Assembly (NCBI GenBank): GCA_051294375.1 | Contig: CM119264.1 | Span: 26,570,008-26,634,007, forward strand | From: Paraspadella gotoi | Lineage: Eukaryota > Animalia > Chaetognatha | Direction: 5' to 3' | Length of the DNA stretch: 64,000 nucleotides | In this document: positions 49,351 through 61,722 of the stretch, piece by piece | Numbering within the stretch: the first letter of the stretch is position 1 | Layout of the letters: each line of letters opens with the position of its first letter | The notes under the pieces: model-generated | What the model was told of the DNA's origin: nothing | Seen by the model: the letters and a program-made list of their open reading frames with translations, nothing else | Database searches by the model: none | Program-made: the position numbers and the translations under genes

Positions 49351-52300
49351 ACTCTCTCTCTCATCTCTCTCTCTCATCTCATGCTATACTCCTAGGAAGC
49401 TCGATATCGGCGCCAGCGTCGGTAGCAGCCGCGCGGCGGCCAGACGGCCTGTCCCTGCCTCTCGACTTACTTCGTCGACTCTTCTTACTCCTCTTTCCTC
49501 TTCCTTCTCCTTATTCCCGGATCCGCGCGGCTGCAAGTCGATCCGATCGGAGCTGCAGGCCGCGAACTCTAATCTTTTCTCTTCTCTCTTACCCTCTGTC
49601 ACCGCCGAGGCTCATCTCTCTCTGCCTCCGAGCGGATCGATTTTGGGGTTCGCCGCGGATCCGGATCTTATTTTTGAAAAAAGCAAGAAAAAAAAGAAAG
49701 AAAGAAAAAAAGATATGAAAAAAATATTACAAAATTGAAACAATAAAATAAACCAATGAACAAAAAAATAATAAGGAAAGTATGAAGAAAGGGGGGAAAA
49801 TTCATTGAGGAATAGTTTAACAGAAAATTAAATAACGAGTTGAAAAAAATTTGCATATATTCGTTCCTTTTTTTAATTTTAAGATTTTGAGCTAAAAATA
49901 AAATAATACTAAAAAGATATAAATCTAAACAATAATGATAAATATGCTGAAAACAATTGAAAATATGATAAAGATTTAAAAATGACGCAAATAAGATTAT
50001 ATATATAATTTTGCATTTTGTTACGCGAAGGACGTATGAAGCAGTACAATAGTAGCAAAATTTTAAACACAGTAGAATTCAACAACATTCGAGCTTGCAC
50101 CTGTGAATATTCTTAAATAAAAAAAAAAAATTTGTATTTTCAATTTTAAAAAATATATAATCTGGCACACTTACCTATGGACTGGTTAGAATATCTTTAC
50201 AAAACCTTGGAATTTTATTGGTACCAAAAATAAGCAGATTTGAGATAGAACGTTTTTTTCTTACAAGCCAAAGGTTCGTAATAAAAACCGCGACGTTACT
50301 CCAATATGCAAATGAGATCTAACGTTTCACAGTAATATTATAATTTAATAAAAAAACTTAATAATCTTATATAAAAAATTCAATAAATATATAATAAAAT
50401 CAAATTAAAAAGCAACTTATATATAGTTTGATCAGAAGATAGCGATAAAAAAATAATATTATTGCACTAAAAAAAGCATATGAAAATACTATTGTAATAA
50501 AGGTTTCTTGTACACTAAATCTTCAAAAAATAGTTAAGACAGTTTGAAGCAATGACAAAAAGCTATTGAGACGGAGAGAATACAGTTCATCGTTTTTTGT
50601 TTGCTCAACAACCATTTTTGGTACTGTTTACATTGAATCATTTATCAAAATACTTTAATAGCAAGGACTTCTTCAGATGCTATTCCTTTCCAGTGCTCTT
50701 TTAATTAAACTTCGAGTAAGAGTAATAGTCAAAAGAATTTATGATGTTCTTTGTGATTCTCTCCATTCTTTGTCATAGTTATTATCTTTGTTTGTCGCTT
50801 TAAAAAAAGACGACCCAAATTGAAAAAAAAGGAAACATGCGGTCTTTGGACTTACTGCCAAAAAAGATAAAAATAGTTTATTTCTTTCTAGAACAAAAAA
50901 ATAATTTATGTTAAAACAGAATGTGAGGAACTTTTTTCATTTGTTGGTACTAAATTTGTTTTTATTACATTACTAGGAAAGAGTGGACATATCATTTCAT
51001 TTGACGCTAATCAAGAGTTTATGACAATTAAAAAAATCAATAGTATTTAAAATTTTAATTTAAAGGGCCACTTGGAGTGTAATAAAAAAGTAGTAATCTT
51101 TCTTTTTGTCATGGTGAGAAATCAGTTTTATCAAATTCTAATTTTATTGCTTCCTACACGTATTATAAAAGCCGTATATCTAAAAATTATACTTTTGGGC
51201 TCAATCGTGTCTTTCTCCTCTCTCTCCCTCTCTCTTAGTTTCTCTCTATATTTCTATTCTGTTTCCAGAAAAAACTTTTATTCTTTTAAATTCTTATATA
51301 CTGATAATAACTTAAAAAATAAGATTAAAAATATTAACTACAATTAATTAGCTTTTTGAATATTTTTTCTATTATAAGAACTATCAAAACAAATTAAAAC
51401 AATTGTTATTTAATTGTTTTTATAAAAAATAGTCTATTATTAAATGTTTATGCTCCTCTTTTGCTTTATATCAACCTTACCGATGCACGCATAATCTCAT
51501 TTGCATATCATCGAGTCACTCGATCATTTAATTACTAACCTTTTTGAGCATACCTTATCTCCCAGCCTGTGTATCTAATTTTCCCATTTAATATGGTTAC
51601 TATTCCATATTTTGAAAGTTTTTTGAACAATCTGAATCTAGGATTCATGCAGTAATAATAGGTCTGAAAAAAAATAAATTACTGATAAGTAATTGCTAAA
51701 TAAATTGCTTAAAGATAAGAAATAGAGAGAGTGAGTACGGCAAGAGCAAGATGAGAGCAAGAGAGTAACGAGAGGAGGTTCGTTAAAGAGAGATGAGAGA
51801 GAAGAGATCCGGCCCCCGATCCGCTCGGACTCTCGACCGAGGAAGAAGCGCCCGACTCACCATCGAGAGAGAGAAATTCTTCCCCAATCCCGAGCGGAAA
51901 AGAAGCCCGGCAAGAAGAAGTGGCTCGGTCGGCAGCCGCGCGCCGCTGCTCCGGTGGAACGCTGCCGTCCGGGAGAGCTGAGTATCATGATCCTTCTCTC
52001 CTCTCTCTCTCTCTCTCTCTCTCCTCTCTCCTTTCTCTCTCTCTCTCTCTACTCTCTCTCTCTCTCCTTCTCCTCTCTCTCTCTCTCTCTCTCTCTCTTT
52101 TAGTCTCCTTTATCTTCAAATATTTTGATGCTTTTTTCGTCAATTTGGTCACGAAAGCCCGCGACAAATTGGACGAGGATGGGAAAGACGACGACGACAA
52201 CGACGACGACGACGACAGCCTCGTATCACGTGACTCCTGGCCTTCGACACTGGTTATTGAAATCAACAAGTTTTTCTTTCTTTTTCGTCATTTCGTTTTT

Positions 52301-53136
52301 TTAATCGATTAAATCTGACACACGCCCTTTCGATTAAGCTTGTAGTTTAATTTGACTCGAATGAAATGTATTATTTTCTTAATTATGTTTTAACTTAATT
52401 TCTCTACAAATCATACGATGGAATATTCACATTTTTAAATTTAATATAAAATTTTAAAATCTAATTTAGTAAAACAAGTAATCTTGCAATTTTTCATAAT
52501 TAAAAACTTTTTATCAAATTTTCAGTTTTCTATTTCACCCCACTGTCCCCTCATTGTCTTATATCCCATTCTTTATCACTCCCCCGCCACCCCCAACCCT
52601 GCACACCCGGACGAAAGTGAGCTCGCAAAGATGCCCGGACAAACTCGTTCCCTAGGGTGCGGACACTCAATACCTAATGAGAAACATCGCCCGTCGCCGA
52701 GGAAATCGTTTTAAGATCGTTTTTTAGGATAACATTCGCCGGATCTCTGGAGGAAAGAGAGAAGAACGAACGACAACGACGATGATGAGGACGAACGACG
52801 ACGATGAAGACGACGACTACAACGACGATGAGAACCACAATGAGTACGACAAGGACGTTGCTCATCTGATGTTGACGACGATTACGTTTACCTAAAATAA
52901 AAAAAATTAACTCAAATTTTTGATAATTATGACGACAATGTCGATGACAATGTCGTAGATGACGATGACAACGCCGACGACGACGACGACACAGCGACGA
53001 CGACGACGACACAGCGACGACGACACAGCGACGACAATCTTTATCGAGATGAAAAACTACGTCGCTTTAACGTTTCTGCATCAAAGGTCGAGCTCAGTGA
53101 AAAATGAGGCGGAAAAATTATCTTTGAAGTGCTTAT

Positions 53137-53169
<33 letters not shown>

Positions 53170-53225
53170 NNNNNNNNNNNNNNNNNNNNNNNNNTCTTTT
53201 CTCCTCTCTTCTCTCTCTCTCTCTC

Positions 53226-53274
<49 letters not shown>

Positions 53275-53482
53275 GTCAGAAAAGGTCATCGCGTGCTCCG
53301 CGCTTCGAATTTGTAACGTCATTTTTCGATGCAATGTCAAATTGTCACCCGTCTTTCCCAAATCATAATCTCTCTCACGCTCTCTCACTCATCTCTCTCT
53401 CTCTCTCTCTCTCCTCTCTCTACTCCTCTCCTCTCTCTTCTCTCTCTCTCTCTCTCTCTCTCTTTCTTCCTGCCCACACTTC

Positions 53483-56400
53483 TTTCCCTCTCTCATCAGC
53501 AGATTCTCGCTTCTGCGCCTTAAAAGATGTCTGCCTCTTTTCTGTCCACACAATTCTTCCGCGATTAGAAAACTGTCGTAAGCTCAATCTTGGTCGGTGA
53601 TTAATGTTACGAAGCATGGCCGACCTTCACCTCCCCCTCCCCTCCCCCACCTTTCATCCCTTATTGTGAAAACCTTTCTCTTCACAAATCTCGTTTTATA
53701 AGGAATAATAAATTGGTTGGGACTCATCTCGACCGAACTTGACGATTAAAACCGCCCGAACGAAGAGACCGGAAAGGACGTTAGCGGGAAAAAAAATTCT
53801 TTAAGGGAAAGAAATAGAGAAGAGCCTAACTTGAAAATAATGAAGTCTAATTGTTTTTCTACGTGAGACGAAAGATTTTAAATGCTTTACCGTTCGGAAT
53901 TCTATGAATTTTTCTTTTTTTTTTTTTTTAGAATTTAGAAAAAGAAGGACTTTATTTTTAAGAAGCGACTTTCAGTAAAAGGACCCCAAGAAAGATTATC
54001 ATTTCTTTCCCACTAAACGGAACTCTTTTTTTAAAATGGTTTTCAACTCCGCAGCTGAGAACTTCTCAGTCAAGATTATACGCTTAATTATTTTTCCCCG
54101 CCTCTCTGTCTCACACCCACGACCCCCAGCCCCGCCTCTTGGTACCCCCCACTTCACTCCCCCCACCTCCGTTCCCCCCGCTTCTCTCTCCTAATCCCCA
54201 CTTGATTCGACGAACTTATCTTCAGTCGTAAACAACCGCAATCTTTTTGAGCCTCTTTGCCTCTCCATTTACCAACGAGACCTTAGATAGGAACACGAGA
54301 CACGAGACGAGAGAGAAGACGAGAGACGAAGAGACGAGAGAGAGGAGGCACGCATAGATGTCAACAAAACGTCCGTCAAACACAATTGATGTAAATCCCG
54401 AAATCCTCTTTTAATCTTTTTTTTCTCCCAACTCGATTGCTTTCCGAAGTCAACTCTTCAAAATTCGTTCCGACAACAGACCATCTGTCTCACTCTCTGT
54501 CCTTCCCACCGTCCCGTCCGTCCGTCATATCCGCAGTTCCCCCACAGCGGCAATTCCCTCTCCGAAAAAAAAACGGCCGCGCAGTCGTCAAGTCGCATCA
54601 AAAAGCCAAAAAAAGCGAAATATTTAAGAAAATCTTAGAAAAAAAACGGGAAATAGGACGAAAAAGTGACAAATCGTTCCGCGAACAATTTTAAAACAAC
54701 GGCAAGCGGGCGATGATGGGGAAGCCAAGGAGAGAGAGAGCAGACGAGAGAGACGAGAGAGAGAGAGAGAGGAAGCATCATTTGTTTGCGCGTTTATATG
54801 TCTTCAAAAAAATGACCGCGAAACCGAAAAAAAAAACTTCCTTCTGCGAAAAAACTTTGTCAAATATTTCTTCTCGACCTTTCGCCAATTGGCCTTTAAC
54901 CTTTTCAACTTTCTTCCCCTTTTCTCTATATTTCTTTTCATCCTCTCTTACTTTCCTTTTTTTTCTTCTTACCTCTTCTCTCTCTCTTTCCCTCAGCCGA
55001 GATTCTGCAACGAAGGAGACGAGACGAGAGAGAGCAGAAGAGACGAGAGAGAGACAGAGAGATGGAGAGAGAGAGAGAGAGAGGCAAGAGCACGAGTTTC
55101 CTTGTCATGACTCTCGCGTTTCCGTTTGACCTGTTTACTGACACGCAAGGCGACGCCCCCTTTCCCATCCCCCTCTCCAGTAACGCCCCCCTCATCCCCC
55201 CTAAACAGTAACCCCCCGCAGATGCGACAGCCCGTCTTTGTGGGAATATTTCAATAAACATGTTTTATTGATCGTCAATTCACAAAAAATAAAAAAATTA
55301 AAGACAAATTTCCAATTATTCCACGAATTAATTCTTTTAACAATCTGCAGAAAGTGATGAAAGTGACGGCAGCTGATGAATCCTGCGGATCAAGCAGCAG
55401 CAGGATGGATTCTTTGTCCTAATCTTGTGTGAGTCCCTTCACACCGAGCTCCTGTCTCTTGCAGAGTATCAAAATATACACTCACAATTGCAATATTTCT
55501 CGAAAACTCTTGACAATGATTACAAACATTTTGAGGCAACAATGCCTATAAAACAGACTCTTTGACCTGCTAGATTTCTTGAGCCTGACTCGAAAAACAT
55601 CTTTCCGATTCTCCTCGAACTTAGTTTTCCTAATTAAAAATATTTCCGTTTAAAAATAATGGCGCGGAAATTAAAAAAAAAGTCGTAAATTTATAAAAGA
55701 TTATTGGGGAAAAGACGCTACTCATTTTCGCGGTTTTTTCCCTCTCTCATCAGAGATTCTCGTTTGCGTAAAAATGTCTGCCTCTTTTCTGTCCACACAA
55801 TTTCCGCGATTAGAAAATGTCGTAAGCTAATTTGGTGGTGATTAATGTTAGAAGCTGGCCGACCTTCACNNNNNNNNNNNNNNNNNNNNNNNNNNNNNNN
55901 NNNNNNNNNNNNNNNNNNNNNNNNNNNNNNNNNNNNNNNNNNNNNNNNNNNNNNNNNNNNNNNNNNNNNNNNNNNNNNNNNNNNNNNNNNNNNNNNNNNN
56001 NNNNNNNNNNNNNNNNNNNNNTTAAAACCGCCGGACGAAGAGACGGGAAGACGTAGGGGGAAAAAAAAATTCGTTTAAGGGAAAGAAATTAGAGAAGAGT
56101 AATTTGAAAATAATGAAGTCTAATTGTTTTTCTACGTGAGACGAAGATTTTAAATGTTTACCGTCGGAATTTTCATGAATTTTTTTTTTTTTTTTTTTTN
56201 NNNNNNNNNNNNNNNNNNNNNNNNNNNNNNNNNNNNNNNNNNNNNNNNNNNNNNNNNNNNNNNNNNNNNNNNNNNNNNNNNNNNNNNNNNNNNNNNNNNN
56301 NNNNNNNNNNNNNNNNNNNNNNNNNNNNNNNNNNNNNNNNNNNNNNNNNNNNNNNNNNNNNNNNNNNNNNNNNNNNNNNNNNNNNNNNNNNNNNNNNNNN

Positions 56401-56928
56401 NNNNNNNNNNNNNNNNNNNNNNNNNNNNNNNNNNNNNNNNNNNNNNNNNNNNNNNNNNNNNNNNNNNNNNNNNNNNNNNNNNNNNNNNNNNNNNNNNNNN
56501 NNNNNNNNNNNNNNNNNNNNNNNNNNNNNNNNNNNNNNNNNNNNNNNNNNNNNNNNNNNNNNNNNNNNNNNNNNNNNNNNNNNNNNNNNNNNNNNNNNNN
56601 NNNNNNNNNNNNNNNNNNNNNNNNNNNNNNNNNNNNNNNNNNNNNNNNNNNNNNNNNNNNNNNNNNNNNNNCGATGCTTCGAAGTCAACTCTTCAAATTC
56701 GTTCGAAATCATGACATCTGTCTCCTTCTTGTCCTTCCCACCGTCCGTCCGTCCGTCTATCCGTTCCCCACAGCGGAATTCCCTCTCGAAAAAAAAAACG
56801 GCGTCAGTCGATCAAAAAGCAAAAAAAGCGAAATATTTTAAGAAAATTAGAAAAAAAAGGGAAATAGACGAAAAAGTGAAAATCGTTCCGCGACAATTTT
56901 AAAAAACGGAAGGGGGATGATGGGGAAG

Positions 56929-56983
<55 letters not shown>

Positions 56984-57207
56984 CATCATGTTTGCGCGTT
57001 TTATGTCTTCAAAAAAATGACCCGAAACGAAAAAAAAACTTCCTTCTCGAATAACTTTGGAAATATTTCTTTCGACCTTTCGCCATATTGGTTTAACCTT
57101 TCAACTTTCTTCCCCTTTTTTCTTTATATTTTTTTTCATCCTCTCCTTATTTCCTTTTTTTTTCTTTCTTTACCCTCTTCTCTCTCTCTTTCCCTCAGCG
57201 AGATTCT

Positions 57208-57244
<37 letters not shown>

Positions 57245-57832
57245 NNNNNNNNNNNNNNNNNNNNNNNNNGAGAGAGAGATTCTTGTATTGACTCTCGCGT
57301 TTCGTTGACTTTTACTGACACGACGACGGCCCCCTCCTTCCCCTCTCCGTAACGCCCCCTTCATCCCCTAAACAGTAACGCCCCGCATGCGACAGCGTTT
57401 TTGTGGAATATTTCATAAAAAATGTTTTTTGATCGTCAATTCAAAAATAAAAAATTAAAGACCAAATTCCATTATTACGATTATTCTTAAAATCTGAGAA
57501 AGGTGATGAAGTGACGGCAGCTGATGCATCTGCGGTCAAGCAGCAGCAGGGGATCTTGTCCTAATTCTGTGTGAGTCCTTCACACGAGCTCGTCTTGGAT
57601 TATAAATATAACTCACATTCAATATTTCTCGAAAATCTTGAAATGATTAAAATCATTTGAGGCAATGCTATAAATGCTCTTTGACTTAGATTTTTGAGCC
57701 TGATCGAAAAATCCTTCCGATTCTTTCCGGAAATTAGTTTTCCTATTAAAAATATTTCCGTTTTAAATAATGGCGGAAAAAAAAGTCGTAAATTTATATA
57801 AGATTATTGGGAAAAGACGTCCATTTTCCGGT
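53483..57832 (+). repeat. Tandem direct duplication of ~2.1-2.2 kb (53483-55736 vs 55737-57832), probable assembly artefact
   Basis: Both copies start TTTCCCTCTCTCATCAG and end GATTATTGGG.AAAAGACG..CATTTTC. The first is insertion-rich, the second clean with N gaps. Confidence 0.92.
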
Positions 57833-58459
57833 CGCAAAAGAACACAAGAAAATGTGAAAAGGATAGTGGACGACGCAAAAGGTGATTAAATAGATGTTAT
57901 GTGAAATAATTTACTTAATTTATTTATCTATTTATGTGTTGTGATGTTACCTATTTTCTTTAAATAATTTGTTAAATATATTTTACAAGGTGATATAAGT
58001 GGACGATTACAATTTGTTTCAAACAGGGAGATAAAATATAAATTGTCATAATTTTATTCCCTGCCCACAAATTCAAATCTTCAGAGAATGGCTGTGAGTT
58101 TCTTGGTGAACATTGACGCCTCTCAGTTTATTGCTTTTATCTAACGATACAAAATCTTTTCGATGAGGTAACAGTGGCCAGTAAAGTTAAATTCAATCAA
58201 ATCACGTATCTGTATACTTTTTTAATATACGCATATTAATTGTTTTCCCGTTTAGTATTTATTTTTTTAACCATCTTTTGGTGTTTATATGCTTATTGTA
58301 TCAACCTATTTTAAAACGTTTGTTGTTAACCAATAAAACACTGAAAAGAATATTGTTTTTTTCGGTTTTTTTTTGTTTTGAAAAATAATTATACCTTTGA
58401 TATTTCATATATCGGTAATATAATCAAAACAAACAAACTAATTCACTCATTCAGTTTAT

Positions 58460-60515
58460 TTGAATTCCTTCCGTATCTTTTGGTCTTATCAAACTCAGAA
58501 GATTGACGCTGCCGTCAAGCGTGATCGCTTCCAAGAGGAATCTGACAAGACTAAATTATATCTTCTTTGCAAAACGGAAGAAATTACGAGAAACTGTCAC
58601 AGTTATTTTCATAAAATGGTAACGGGAATGCAATCCGCAGAAAAGTGGCGGAGAGACGAAAATACAAAGACTGTAGTCGCCTAATTGAACATAACAACTA
58701 CAACAACACAACAACGACGGACGACGACAATGAGCGATATCGAAAATTTCAAACTCACACTTGACGTTCTGGCCAAATATTTGACCCACACAACTGAATC
58801 TTTTTATTATTGTTTTCTCTCACGTGAATAGTTTTTCCTTTGTCTTGTCTCTGTTAAATGTTTGATGATTTTCGAATGCATTATATTTCTTCAAAGATAC
58901 GTGAAACTGTCTCATAATTCCAATATTTCGCAAGTAAGTCTCTTCAATTGATGGCCGACTAAAAGAAAAAAAAAACAAAAAAAAAAACGCACCTTTCAAA
59001 AAACGAGAGATGAAGAAACGATCTTGACCGTCCCGCCGCGAGTCTGCCCTGCCATCGCGGCCGCGGCAGGGTCTCCAGAGATACCTCGTCGGCGGCCTGC
59101 GCCTTCCACTTCCGCGGTGACGCAGCAACCCTTGGAGCGATCTTCGCGGAACGCTTTGAACAATTAAAACCATTCCGCGGCGAAAAGACGCTAAAGAGGC
59201 CGTCGATTGACGCCGTTCAAGATCTCCAGGAGATGGAAAGTTCACGTCGCCGCCATGCAAAACCTCCAGCGCGCCCACAGCGCCACCAAGGGGACGTCCG
59301 CCAAAGCGGCACATCCTCGTAGTCAGCCTCGCCTAAACCGACGCCACGGAAAAATCAACTTCTCCCAAACACGTATTCACCGGAAAGACGCGCCAACACG
59401 CATCCCTTTCACCGAGTGTCAGAGCCGATCGGTGATGAGCCACGCCAATTCACCACCGACGTTAACCAATCAACTCCGGCGGTTGGGGGGGGTATGTAGC
59501 TGCCTAATTGAACATAACAACTACAACAACAACAACGCGACGGCGACGACAATGAGCGAATATCACCAATTTCCACTACCACTTGACCGTTCGTGGGCCA
59601 CTTATTTGACCCACACACTGAAACTCTTTTATTATTGTTTTCTCTCCCGTGATAGTTTTCCTTTGTTTTGTCTCTGTTATAACTGTTATGATTTTCGAAT
59701 CATTATTTTTCTCTCAAAGATACGTGAAATTGTTCATATTCAATATTTTCGCCAAGTAAGTCTCTTCAAGACTATGCAAGAACGTGAGTCAAATGCAGAC
59801 AGAGCTAATTTATGCCAAGTAAAACTGATATGATTCGCAGTTGCTCGTTGATAGAAGAGCATTTGACATGTGGCTCTGCACAGTCAGAGCTTAAACACAA
59901 AGACGAGAGAATTGTGAAACCACAATGGAATCTTTTTTCCAAAAAGTAGAAACGAAATTTGGAAAAAACACGTTTTCGTGTGAAAGTTTGCCAATCTATT
60001 GCGACCTCGTTAGGGCAAGATGAAGAATATGAGAAAAACATCGCATTTATGAGAAAGCTATGGGATCGTAAAGAATGGAAGATCCGAAACGTTAGCTCTA
60101 TCAAAAATTGTTTTGTAGATGCGCTGCGCTTTGAACTCCGAATGAAGAAGCTAAAGAAAGTTAAAAGAAATCGAAAAAGTTATCCATCGAAAACGGATTG
60201 AATTAGACACCGAATCAGTTATCCAAAGCGAAAATTCATTACGCCGATTACGTGATGAAGCAAAAAGTGTTTCGAGTTAGCTGAAGACGGAAAGATATGT
60301 CGATCGATATTTGCTCGAATTGTTTAACAATGATTGTTGCTCATAGAATATTCCCCGAAGATAATGATCCGAACCCATTCAGACAAAGCGATGCTTCTAT
60401 GGAAATAGATGTAACTATCCACATTGCGTTTATTTGCATGAAGGACGTGAGAGATACAATGCGCTTTTTCTTCGGAAGAGGAGAGGAGAGGAAAGAGAGC
60501 GCGCTTGAAAAGTAA
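58460..60515 (+). pseudogene. Unidentified coding-like sequence interrupted by the TRIM-like element
   Basis: Successive same-strand high-complexity ORFs (58460-58684, 59959-60201, 60297-60515). The frame reads through the empty site once the insertion is removed. No family recognised. Confidence 0.3.
58672..59768 (+). mobile_element. Small non-autonomous LTR element (TRIM-like or internally deleted Gypsy)
   Basis: ~275-bp direct repeats 58672-58946 and 59495-59768, each TGTAG...CTTCA. G8 PPT 2 nt before the right LTR. 4-bp TSD AGAC at 58668-58671 and 59769-59772. ~550-bp GC-rich interior with no intact gag or pol. Confidence 0.88.
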
Positions 60516-61073
60516 TCCAAGTCCAAATCGTGGACATTTTTGTATTGGTTCACTTTAACACATCTTAAATATGGTAAATGTCTGATATCACATAATCAAG
60601 AAGAAATTTGTTTTTAAAAAAAATTATTTTTGCTTTCTGTACAATTGAATCTTGTCTGTTCATAACTTGGTAAATCGTTCTCGCATCTTCGATTCAATTT
60701 CTCTACAAATTATTCTTTCATGTTTTGATTTCTTAACAATAAATTCCGTACTAACAAGTTGTTTAATTTTATTATTATTAGAAAGTTTTCTTTTACGTTC
60801 TCTTTTCGTTCTTTTTTTATCTATTCCTTTAGAGTGAAACGAAAAATTCGTTGTACCAATTTTATTTTATTAATGTAAATGTTTCGACTTTAGTTTTTTG
60901 CGAGTCTTCATCAGCAATTTATTCAATAGACAAATTATAAACATTAGTTTTGGGAGAGAGAGAGAAGAGAGAGAAGAGAGAGTTTCCAACAAGAATTGAG
61001 CAGGGATAGTGGTCAGATGTGAGCAGGTGAAAGTTGGAAAGGAGAGTAAAATGATTTTTGAATTGGTGAAAAG

Positions 61074-61127
<54 letters not shown>

Positions 61128-61639
61128 GGAAGAGAGAGAGAAGAGAGAGAGAGAGGACGGATCAAACATTGGCAATGTACACAGTGAAAAATTTTCCGTA
61201 AATCGTCATTAAAAAATCGTTAAAAACTCATGCCAATTCCAAACTCGGGTCTTAAATGCCGTAAATAAAAAGTATGCTGTAAATTTTTTTTCCCTCGAAA
61301 CGTAAAACCGTTTAATCTGCGATCGTAACGAATTCGGACGAAATGACGTCAAGACGACGACGGCGACGACGACGACGAAAAAGCGTCTGTCAGACCAAAA
61401 CGATTTCTTTGTCTGACAATCTCGCCATTCAGATCCGATCCCTTGTTCATATTCGCGTCTTACGAAATCCGATCAACGGGTTTTTGGAGGAAAGAATCAG
61501 GAGCGACGACGACGACGACGACGACGCGACGACGACGACGACCATTATTAACAATTAAGAAAAGATTTGGTGGCCTTTAGGTCTTGCCCGAGGTGAGATT
61601 CTCCAAATTTGCTCTCTCTCTCTCTCTCTCTCTCTTCGT

Positions 61640-61672
<33 letters not shown>

Positions 61673-61688
61673 TCTCTCTTCTCCTCTA

Positions 61689-61722
<34 letters not shown>

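Noticed and set aside
57500-57705. Box C/D snoRNA (GTGATGA ... CTGA)
   Set aside because: Short motifs expected by chance, with no terminal stem or recognisable rRNA guide.
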